From positions 1-12,803 of the forward strand of contig CAYVLA010000089.1 in the NCBI GenBank assembly GCA_964452145.1: a stretch of 12,803 nucleotides of DNA, given 5' to 3'. The position numbers were made by a program, and so were the translations under genes. The notes beneath the pieces were generated by a model that was given only the letters and a program-made list of their open reading frames with translations, made no database searches and was not told the DNA's origin. This document shows positions 1 through 7,264 of this stretch, one piece after another. Position 1 is the stretch's first letter; every line of letters starts with the position of its first letter. The stretch is from Candidatus Hadarchaeota archaeon. Its GTDB lineage: Archaea > CAYQAE01 > CAYVLA01.

Positions 1-382
1 TCAGGGCCGTGCAAGCTGCCAGCATGGGTGCGTTGTCACTCGGCACGTTGATGACGAGCCTCTCACAGCCACGCTCCACGGCGCGTCTCTCAGCGACCCT
101 CAGCAACTCCATCACTATCGTTGCGCCGTCATGGTCCGTGTCATAGCATGCGTCGAGCACCTCTCCATTCTGTGCGAGGGCCAAGCATCCGACGATCTGG
201 TCCCTCTGCTGTGCAACAAACACTCCTTCTTTCCCGACGCCGGGCCTATCCAAGTTGAACCATCTCCAGAATTCTGGGGTTCTGGGGATGTGACCTGCGT
301 ACCGCGAGTAGCACTTCTCGTACAGCCTGGATATCTGAACTTCATCTCCCTCTCGGTAGGACCGGATGCTCACAGGTTCCAT
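1..382 (-). CDS. GNAT-family N-acetyltransferase (5' part; runs off the left edge of the window)
   Basis: Not in the ORF track. Manual translation from ATG at 382 stays open to the edge: MEPVSIRSYREGDEVQISRLYEKCYSRYAGHIPRTPEFWRWFNLDRPGVGKEGVFVAQQRDQIVGCLALAQNGEVLDACYDTDHDGATIVMELLRVAERRAVERGCERLVINVPSDNAPMLAACTAL... The pattern is typical of GNAT proteins: IRxYxxGD start, RTxEFWRW, FVAxxxxxIVG beta hairpin, LLxxAExxAxExG helix, and LxxNVPxDN motif B. Confidence 0.8.
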   Translation of the reverse strand, partial: MEPVSIRSYREGDEVQISRLYEKCYSRYAGHIPRTPEFWRWFNLDRPGVGKEGVFVAQQRDQIVGCLALAQNGEVLDACYDTDHDGATIVMELLRVAERRAVERGCERLVINVPSDNAPMLAACTAL

Positions 383-403
383 ACCCGCATGACATGGAAA
401 TCT

Positions 404-418
404 TGGCTTAAGAAGCCA
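404..418 (-). promoter_or_regulatory. TATA-like box (CTTAAG, 407-412) for the GNAT gene, inside a TGGCTT-N3-AAGCCA inverted repeat
   Basis: An AT-rich hexamer in GC-rich context ends 24 nt upstream of ATG 382. The inverted repeat arms at 404-409 and 413-418 are a perfect 6-bp match. Confidence 0.4.
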
Positions 419-768
419 TCTGCGATTCCCGATGCAAGGCAGGATCCGCGATCGCACGGTATCGACTTTTACGGATCGGCCTGTTCCTGAGCCTCGGTGC
501 AAGGGTCTCTCTCATGACATCGGGATGAGTTATCGCACGAAACCGAATCATCCACAGCCCAGAGAGGTTCTCCCGAGAGGAGGACCCGGCCAAGGGCTCG
601 AAGGCGATCTCGGCATCGCTGGTCTAAGGAGTCATGTGGAGGATGCTGAGGAACGCGCGACGCTCTCCTTCGAGGCTGGTTCCGGGGCCAGTCGGTAGAC
701 CGAGACCCAAGCCGGCGTGCGGGTCCGTGGCCAACGGATGTACCTCAAAGACACGCCGAAAGGTGGCT

Positions 769-1521
769 CTATGTCTGGTACTTTCGCACTCTGTTCTCAA
801 GCCTTCTAAATACCAGCTGATCGAAGACCTGGATGACCACGACGATGACTACCGCCCAGGCGAATATTTCATCTGTCCTGAGCCTCTCCCATGCGAAGCT
901 GATCGCGTACCCGATCCCGCTCTGGGCTCCCAGCACCTCTGCGATGACGCTCACCTTCCATGCCAGAGACATTGCCACCCTTGAGCCACTAAGCACGTAG
1001 GGAAAGATGCTGGGCAGGATGATGTTGTAGAAGACCGACTCCTTGCCGTGCCCGAATGTCTCAGCCATCTCGATCAGGCTTCTGTCGACGTTCTTAATTC
1101 CCTCGAATATGTTGATCGCCAGAATGGGGAACGCTATGGCCCAGACCACGAATATCGGAGCAAGCCCGCTGATGCCGAACCATATGATGGCCAGGATGAT
1201 CCATATCGCCGACGGTATTGATTGGAACAGTATGACGACCCTCTCGACGAAACCCTGCACCCAAGGGCTCCTACCAATTGCGAAGCCAAGCAGGAGACTC
1301 AGCAAGAGGCCGGCGGAAAAGGCTAGGCCGACTCTGTAGAGTGTCTGAGAGAGGTGAAACGGGATCTTGCCCGAGATTGCCATCTCAGCGAAGGCCTTTG
1401 CCACCTCAACCGGGGACGGCAGCACCACTCTCGAGAACTGCGTGGATGCAGCCCACCATGCACCGATCAGAACTAGGAGGAGTAGTGTCCCGCCCACCCT
1501 GGTCTTGGTCCTAGGATGCAT
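769..1521 (-). CDS. ABC transporter permease, SsuC/TauC/NitT family
   Basis: 250 aa with about six hydrophobic segments, LPSPVEV near the N-terminus, FQSIPSAIW, and the EAA loop (IKNVDRSLIEMAETFG...IILPSIFPYVLSG), followed by AWKVSVIAEVLGAQSGIG. Confidence 0.93.
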   Translation of the reverse strand: MHPRTKTRVGGTLLLLVLIGAWWAASTQFSRVVLPSPVEVAKAFAEMAISGKIPFHLSQTLYRVGLAFSAGLLLSLLLGFAIGRSPWVQGFVERVVILFQSIPSAIWIILAIIWFGISGLAPIFVVWAIAFPILAINIFEGIKNVDRSLIEMAETFGHGKESVFYNIILPSIFPYVLSGSRVAMSLAWKVSVIAEVLGAQSGIGYAISFAWERLRTDEIFAWAVVIVVVIQVFDQLVFRRLENRVRKYQT

Positions 1522-1530
1522 TTCGGACGC

Positions 1531-2808
1531 CTACGCCCCCAGGTCGGGGATCACCTGAATCCGCTTCTCCCCCCGCTCAGCGGGCAATTCGCCAAATCCG
1601 ACTATCCGAACGTCGAAGGTCAAACCGATCTTGTTCTTCAGTTCGGTTGCGACCGCCGTCTCAAGATCGTCTCGGTATTCCGTCTTCACGGAGGAACGCA
1701 ACTCGCATATAAGCAAGGGATGGGATTTGGGTCGGACCTGGATGAGGAAGTCCCCTGACAGCTCGGGAAGGCGTTTGATGTGGCGTTCGACGGCTTGGGG
1801 ACTGAAGAGCACGCCCTTGACCTTCACGGCGTCGTCCAGCCGGCTTATGTCGTTGGATATCTTCATGTGGGTTCGGCCACAGGAGCATGGCTCATCGCTG
1901 AGCAGCATGGCCTTGTCGCCGGTTCGGAATCTTATCAGAGGAAGGGCGAACCTTGAGAGCGAGGTGACCACCAGCTCCCCGCTCTCACCTGGGGTGACCG
2001 TCTCACCGCTGGCATCGACTACCTCGAGGCATATCTGGTCATGCCAGACGTGAAGTCCATCGTGCGCCTGGCACTCGTAGCCGATCCCGCCGACCTCCGT
2101 CATGCCGTAACAGTCATACATCTCCACATCAAGCCGTTCCTCGATCTCCTTCCTGGTCGCCGGCTCCAAGCGACCCGCTGTGGAGAGGCCGATTCTCAGA
2201 GGAAGCGATGCGAAGTCGACGCCCATCTCCTCCCCAACATCCGCGATCCTCAGATGATAGCTCGGCACTGCGTTTAGGACGGTTGTGCCCAATGCCTTCA
2301 TGAGCCAGATCTGCCTCTGCGTGTTGCCTGGGCCTGCCGGGATCACCAGACAGCCAAGCCTCTCCGCAGCATAGTGCCCGCTGAACCCGGCCGCCCAGAG
2401 GCCGTAGGCCAACGTCATCTGATACACGTCGCCGGCTCTGACGCCTCGAGTGACCAGAGACCTGACCCCGATTTCGGCGTGCCGATCAACATCGTCCATG
2501 GAGAGCAGTATCGCGGCTGGCCTGCCGGAAGACCCGGACGTAATATGGACCCTGACCAGCTGATCCCTGGGAAGGGCACACATGCCATAAGGGAAGCTGT
2601 CGAGGATGTGCTGCTTGGTGACAAAAGGCAAACGTGAGAAGGAAGATGCATTCGTCGGGGGCCCATCGAAACCCGAACGGGACCAGAACTCCCTATAGAA
2701 GGGGGCATCCCAGGCATGATCGCAGATCTTTCTCAGAAGCTTCTCCTGGAGCACGTCCAGTTGCTTCTTGGGCATCGTCTCGATCTCAGGGTGATGATAG
2801 ATGGTCAT
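1531..2808 (-). CDS. Phenylacetate-CoA ligase (PaaK)-family acyl-CoA ligase; substrate uncertain
   Basis: 425 aa with LPFVTK, P-loop RVHITSGSSGRP, VIPAGPGNTQRQ, YGMTE, PLIRFRTGD, CSCGRTH and RLDDAVKVKGV. A GGAG motif lies upstream of ATG 2808, which is 2 nt after the ATPase stop. Confidence 0.9.
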   Translation of the reverse strand: MTIYHHPEIETMPKKQLDVLQEKLLRKICDHAWDAPFYREFWSRSGFDGPPTNASSFSRLPFVTKQHILDSFPYGMCALPRDQLVRVHITSGSSGRPAAILLSMDDVDRHAEIGVRSLVTRGVRAGDVYQMTLAYGLWAAGFSGHYAAERLGCLVIPAGPGNTQRQIWLMKALGTTVLNAVPSYHLRIADVGEEMGVDFASLPLRIGLSTAGRLEPATRKEIEERLDVEMYDCYGMTEVGGIGYECQAHDGLHVWHDQICLEVVDASGETVTPGESGELVVTSLSRFALPLIRFRTGDKAMLLSDEPCSCGRTHMKISNDISRLDDAVKVKGVLFSPQAVERHIKRLPELSGDFLIQVRPKSHPLLICELRSSVKTEYRDDLETAVATELKNKIGLTFDVRIVGFGELPAERGEKRIQVIPDLGA

Positions 2809-2810
2809 GT

Positions 2811-3545
2811 TCAGTTCTCCAGAAGATCAACTATTCTCTGTCTCAGGGCCAGCATCCGAGGACTCGAAGGGTCACGGGGCTTCCCGTCATCGAGTGCTAT
2901 GTCGGCCTTGACTCTCGCCGGGCACGAGGAGTAGACGATCAACCTGTCCGCGAGGGACAAGGCCTCGAAGATGTCATGGGTCACGAAGATCGTCGTCTTT
3001 CCCGACTTCTCGATGACCGAGACGAAGTGCTCTTGGACCTTACGCCTAGTTGCGACATCTAGTGAGCTGAAAGGCTCATCCATCAAGAGGAGCATCGGAT
3101 CCCCCGCGAGGGCGCGTGCCAAGGCAAGCCTCTGCTTTTCGCCGCCCGAGAGGTTAGACGGGGAATCATCCTCTCTATCGCCGAGGCCGACCATCTCCAG
3201 AAGGGCCCTCGATCTAGCGATCCTTGTCCGCCTGTCCGCCTCCCTCTCCTCCGTTCCGAACTCCACGTTTCCGAGCGCACTTCGCCACGGCAGAAGCCTT
3301 GGCTCCTGGAAGACGTAGCCCACCCGCACCGACCTGTCTCCGACCGGTGCATCGCCAATCTCCACCCTTCCCTCATCCGGCTTCACTATCCCCGATATGA
3401 CCTTGAGAGTGGTCGTCTTCCCGCACCCCGTCGGGCCAAGTATGCAGGCGATGCCTTCGTCCTCCATCTGGAACGATATGCGGTCCATGACCTTTCCCCT
3501 TCCGGGAAAGGATACGGAGACGTTGTCCAGCCGAAGGGATACCAT
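2811..3545 (-). CDS. ABC transporter ATP-binding protein, TauB/SsuB/NrtD family
   Basis: Walker A GPTGCGKTT, Q-loop VFQEPRLLPW, signature LSGGEKQR, Walker B LLLMDEPFSSLD and H-loop VTHD. The start is placed at ATG 3545; the ORF track uses GTG 3554. Confidence 0.95.
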   Translation of the reverse strand: MVSLRLDNVSVSFPGRGKVMDRISFQMEDEGIACILGPTGCGKTTTLKVISGIVKPDEGRVEIGDAPVGDRSVRVGYVFQEPRLLPWRSALGNVEFGTEEREADRRTRIARSRALLEMVGLGDREDDSPSNLSGGEKQRLALARALAGDPMLLLMDEPFSSLDVATRRKVQEHFVSVIEKSGKTTIFVTHDIFEALSLADRLIVYSSCPARVKADIALDDGKPRDPSSPRMLALRQRIVDLLEN

Positions 3546-3569
3546 CACCCACACAGACTGTACGGCCGC

Positions 3570-3575
3570 TAATTA
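3570..3575 (-). promoter_or_regulatory. Candidate TATA box (TAATTA) for the ABC ATPase/ligase/permease operon
   Basis: This is the only all-A/T hexamer close upstream. It ends 24 nt before ATG 3545, similar to the spacing at the GNAT and methyltransferase genes. Confidence 0.4.
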
Positions 3576-4033
3576 CCTGCATCCTTGGTGATGTCTCGTG
3601 CCTTGGAAACCATTCGGAGTGGTCTGATGCACCGGCTGGGGATAACGGTTCGCCCTGCCTCGTAGGCCGTCCTGACCGACAAGAGCCAGTTAGGTGGCCT
3701 GGGTGTCCGGCTCGATAAGACTGTCGATGTCGTCCGACCAGCTCGGATCTGAGTTACTGCTGTGGGATAGGCGGTCCCACGGGCCTAGTGGCGGCGATCT
3801 GCCAGGCACGAGCCCGATCCATCTGAGGCGTCGGGTCGAACGGGTGAGTTAATCCTTGGCATCGATTCTGTTAGCCTTGCTTCTCTTGAGGGCGGCCCGT
3901 TTGAGGGCGACTTCGCCGTGTTTGGGGACCATCCCGGTCCTGCCAACGATCGCGATTCTATCGATCCGCTCGAAGCGGAGGGCCACGCAGGCGCGAAACC
4001 GACTCGATGATTGCACGGGCGACGCCAGTCAGA

Positions 4034-4039
4034 TTTAAG
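4034..4039 (+). promoter_or_regulatory. Candidate archaeal TATA box (TTTAAG) for the methyltransferase/CapK-like operon
   Basis: TTTAAG ends 23 nt before ATG 4063 and there is no clear SD motif in between, which fits a leaderless transcript. Confidence 0.5.
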
Positions 4040-4062
4040 GCGGGGCCGCGCAAGTCTGGGCC

Positions 4063-4623
4063 ATGACTGCAGGATGCCGTCCCTTTCGCAAACATGATCC
4101 CTACCTATTGCTGGACTCGTTGGGGCTGGGCAAGGGAATGTCCTTGGCGGATCTGGGCTGCGGCAGGGGCTACTTCCTCGTGCCAGCCGCCGAGATCGTC
4201 GGCGAAACGGGTACCGTCTATGGCGTCGATGTGGACTCCGACGCAATTCTGCATGTCAGATCGAGAGTTGAGCACAAGGGCCTCAACAATGTCGTGCTCC
4301 GCATCGGAAGGGCCGAAGAGACGGTCTTCTGCCACGGATGTGTGGATGTCATCTTCCTGGGAACCGTCCTCCACGACTTCGATGATCCCGTGCAGGTCCT
4401 CTTAAACGCTCGTCGCATGATCAGGACCAGAGGCAAGCTGATCAATCTGGACTGGAAGAAACTCAAGACGGGCTTTGGACCGCCCTACGGCATACGACTC
4501 GACGAGAAGAGGGCATCGACGCTGATCGAGCAGGCCGGATTCGCAATCACCGACATCGCGGAGGCGGGGCGATACCACTACATCATCACGGCCGAGCCGC
4601 TGGGGACACAAACGCCCGGATAA
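4063..4623 (+). CDS. Class I SAM-dependent methyltransferase (UbiE/Methyltransf_31-like)
   Basis: 186 aa with motif I LADLGCGRGYF, post-I VYGVDVD, motif II VDVIFLGTVLHDFDDP, motif III GKLINLDWKK, and C-terminal GPPxxIRL...AGF. Confidence 0.92.
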   Translation: MTAGCRPFRKHDPYLLLDSLGLGKGMSLADLGCGRGYFLVPAAEIVGETGTVYGVDVDSDAILHVRSRVEHKGLNNVVLRIGRAEETVFCHGCVDVIFLGTVLHDFDDPVQVLLNARRMIRTRGKLINLDWKKLKTGFGPPYGIRLDEKRASTLIEQAGFAITDIAEAGRYHYIITAEPLGTQTPG

Positions 4624-4636
4624 GGTGATCGGGTTG

Positions 4637-5923
4637 ATGCTGCATCCCCGGATCAGATCCAAGGAGGCGTGGGAGGCCGTCCAAAGAGCCCGCGTACTCT
4701 CAAGACTTCATAGACTGCAGCACGCAGGACCGCGTGCCACTGATGGATACATCTCCAAGAACTTGGCGCACATGCTTCGCTACTGCAGCAGAAACCTGCC
4801 TTTCTACAAAGCTTGGGTGGCAAAGCAAGGAAGGGGTGCAAGAGAGCTCGAGGATTTCCCCATCGTGGACAAAGATGTCCTCAGGCGGGACCCTTCAGGA
4901 TTTGTGCGCCCCGGGATCCGGGAAAGCGACTGCTGGATCAACTACTCCTCCGGATCGACGGGGGAACCCATGAAGTTCCTCTTCGACCGCCACACTGCAT
5001 CGGTGATCGACAAGGCCACCTACTATTTCGGAATGATGGAGTCCGGATACCGGGTCGAGGATCGATTGGGCAAGCAGATGGACCGGCCAAGGAAGAAGTG
5101 GTGGATGGGACTGGGCTTCATGCGCACCATGCCTATCCCCACCTCGGGTGACCATCTCGCGACCATCCGGAGACTTGTCGCCTGGAGGGCGGATTGCCTG
5201 TACCTCTCCCCGTCGCTGGGACATGTCCTGGCAATGTCCAATGCGCGGTCAAAGACTCGTCTTGCAGTGAGAACGGTCTTCACCTCGAACGAGACGCTGT
5301 TCCCAGCCGTCAGAGATCTCCTCAACGAATGCTTCAACGCAGATGTCGTGGACAGGTACGGATCGGCCGAGTTCCCGGGCGTGGCTTGGACGTGCGAGGA
5401 GGGCAACTACCACCTCATCCCCGAGCAGGTGGTGGAGGTTCTGGACTCCAAACAAGAGGCCGTGGGCGAGGGCGAGAGGGGTCGCATAGTCATCACAGCG
5501 CTGCATAATACCGTAATGCCCCTTGTGAGGTACGACACCCAGGATGTGGCGGTTCAGGGGGGCACTGGAATCTGTGCCTGCGGACGCAGATCTCCCTTCC
5601 TTCATCGAATCGAGGGCCGGATCCATGACCTGCTCGTTGATGCTCGGGGATGGGGCATTAGCCCGATGGTGCTCAACCCCCTCATGAGGGATTATGAGAA
5701 CATCAGGCGCTTGAGGGCTGTACAGAGGAGGAAGGGCGAGGCCACCCTCGAGATCGTCCCTATGAACCAGGAGATCCAGATCGAAGGGCTGGCAAGCGTC
5801 GTACATGTGGCCAGGAGGCTGGAAGGCAGGATATCCCTCAAGGTTGTCTCGGTGGGAAGCCTGGAGGACCTCGGCAGGAAGCGGAAGATCGTGGACTCCA
5901 GCGTCAAACCTGACTGGGTCTGA
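4637..5923 (+). CDS. CapK-like / PaaK-family adenylate-forming enzyme (putative acyl-CoA ligase)
   Basis: FPIVDK, P-loop SSGSTGEP, TSNETL, DRYGSAEF, GRIVITALHNTVMPLVRYDTQD, CACGR and IEGRIHD. GGTGAT at 4624-4629 is positioned as an SD motif for ATG 4637; the ORF track starts at GTG 4625, inside that motif. Confidence 0.88.
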   Translation: MLHPRIRSKEAWEAVQRARVLSRLHRLQHAGPRATDGYISKNLAHMLRYCSRNLPFYKAWVAKQGRGARELEDFPIVDKDVLRRDPSGFVRPGIRESDCWINYSSGSTGEPMKFLFDRHTASVIDKATYYFGMMESGYRVEDRLGKQMDRPRKKWWMGLGFMRTMPIPTSGDHLATIRRLVAWRADCLYLSPSLGHVLAMSNARSKTRLAVRTVFTSNETLFPAVRDLLNECFNADVVDRYGSAEFPGVAWTCEEGNYHLIPEQVVEVLDSKQEAVGEGERGRIVITALHNTVMPLVRYDTQDVAVQGGTGICACGRRSPFLHRIEGRIHDLLVDARGWGISPMVLNPLMRDYENIRRLRAVQRRKGEATLEIVPMNQEIQIEGLASVVHVARRLEGRISLKVVSVGSLEDLGRKRKIVDSSVKPDWV

Positions 5924-5928
5924 GGATC

Positions 5929-5945
5929 GGTTCGGATCTCGAACC
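5929..5945. terminator. Short hairpin between convergent operons (possible terminator or processing element)
   Basis: GGTTCG-gatct-CGAACC starts 5 nt after the ligase stop in the 71-nt convergent gap. There is no U-tract. Confidence 0.2.
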
Positions 5946-5994
5946 CGCCTGTGGTCAACAGCCGAGCCGATGGAATGCCGAAGCAGGCCGGTAG

Positions 5995-7242
5995 CTAGCA
6001 GACGATTCGGGAACCGTCCGCCTCGTGGATCGGCACGATCTGAGTATCAACGGCGATCTGACCGAGGATCGCTTCTATCTCCCTCGTGTAGATGGGGTTC
6101 ATGACAACTGCGAAATGCGGGCGATAGTGCTTCAGGGAAGCCGGAGGGTGAATCTGCTTGCCAGTCCCAGGGAGGAACTTGCCTTGGCGATGAACATTTA
6201 TGTCGATGACTCGGCCTATCCCGTCCGAGATGCCGGGCATCGCCATGAAGGCCACGCACTTGGACCCGGCACCCCAGACGGCTGTCCTCTTCCCTTCCAT
6301 CCGCCACTGGCTCAACTGATCTCGCCATCTGCCGATGAGCCGTTGGCATCTGGCTGAGAAGCCTGTGACTTCTCTACTTACGGCAAGGGTTGTCTCTTCA
6401 GCTCGATGGACTTTGCTGGAAACATCATCTACGGGCTTTGCTTCGATCATCAGGTACTGATCGCTGAATCCCCTGTACAGATCCATGACCTCGAAGCCAC
6501 AGAGGCGGAACAGCCTCGCCAGGGAACCCGGGGTGAAATATGAACAATGGTAGTAGTACATGTCCCAGAAAGCTGTCTCGGCGAGTATCCTGGTCATGTC
6601 CGGCACCTCGAAGAACAGCACCGTTTCCTTTCGCTCGGGTATCGACCGTCGGATCTCCTGGAGAAATCCGCGGGTGTTGTGTATGTGCTCCAGGGTGTGT
6701 CTACAACATATGAAGTCGCCGACGTAATCTGAATACCGTCTGGAATAGTAGTCGCGTACAAAGATGAGGTCTCCGCGGCCGCCGTGGCCCCGCTCAACGT
6801 ATGAGGGATCGATGCCTATGCCCCGGTTTCCACCCATGCTGCACATCAGGGCAAGGAAATCTCCCTTGCCGCAGCCAATCTCCAGTATCTGCTTGCCACG
6901 TAGGTCGTACTTCTCGATCAAGTCCCAAGCAAGGTTGGAAGCGAAGTCGTTGAAGGTCGGCGAGAAGCACTGCTGGTCCTCACAAGTACGTGAGTGATCC
7001 ACCTTGTCCGGATCGTACGCTGAGTTCCAGATGAAGCCACAGGCCGGGCAGAAGCTCGCGACGAGATCGCCCCTCGGCGCTCGAAGCCCATCCTCGCGGG
7101 TAGCCAATAGCGCGCAGCTGTCGATGGGTACGTTCGCCACTCCGAAGAAGCGTCTCGGAGAGGATGACCCGCAGGACGGACAGATATCCCGAAGACCGCA
7201 AGTAGCTGATACGTCCCTCATATCCAGAACACCGCACAGCAT
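5995..7242 (-). CDS. NDP-hexose C-methyltransferase-family protein (diverged paralog)
   Basis: N-terminal Zn motif CPSC...CPAC, SAM motif ILEIGCGKGDFL, GIDPS, CRHTLEHI, FFEVPD, FWDMYYYHCSYFT, and a C-terminal domain with VWGAGSK, IDINVHRQGKFLPGTG and MNPIYTREI. An alternative start is ATG 7221. Confidence 0.85.
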   Translation of the reverse strand: MLCGVLDMRDVSATCGLRDICPSCGSSSPRRFFGVANVPIDSCALLATREDGLRAPRGDLVASFCPACGFIWNSAYDPDKVDHSRTCEDQQCFSPTFNDFASNLAWDLIEKYDLRGKQILEIGCGKGDFLALMCSMGGNRGIGIDPSYVERGHGGRGDLIFVRDYYSRRYSDYVGDFICCRHTLEHIHNTRGFLQEIRRSIPERKETVLFFEVPDMTRILAETAFWDMYYYHCSYFTPGSLARLFRLCGFEVMDLYRGFSDQYLMIEAKPVDDVSSKVHRAEETTLAVSREVTGFSARCQRLIGRWRDQLSQWRMEGKRTAVWGAGSKCVAFMAMPGISDGIGRVIDINVHRQGKFLPGTGKQIHPPASLKHYRPHFAVVMNPIYTREIEAILGQIAVDTQIVPIHEADGSRIVC

Positions 7243-7264
7243 CTTCTGTTTTCCTCATTCGCTC

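Noticed and set aside
115..490. ORF-track entries 115..345(-) and 131..490(+)
   Set aside because: These are shadow frames of the edge-truncated GNAT gene (382 to <1), which has recognisable family motifs.
390..768. RNase P RNA, SRP RNA or tRNA in the intergenic gaps
   Set aside because: I found no GAGGAA(A/G)-type P4 motif, no SRP helix-8 motif (GGAAG.AGCAG) and no cloverleaf with a T-loop.
1531..2808. Calling the ligase paaK and inferring phenylacetate catabolism
   Set aside because: The pocket motifs differ from PaaK and no other paa genes are present.
3588..3627. Possible C/D box sRNA (GTGATGT...CTGA)
   Set aside because: The C box is imperfect, the span is only 40 nt, and there are no clear D'/C' boxes.
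3785..4246. Small ORFs in the divergent gap: 3785..4246(-), 3856..4038(+) and a roughly 55-codon - strand frame ending near 3849
   Set aside because: No recognisable motifs or start signals. The longest is R/P/S-rich and overlaps the methyltransferase antisense.
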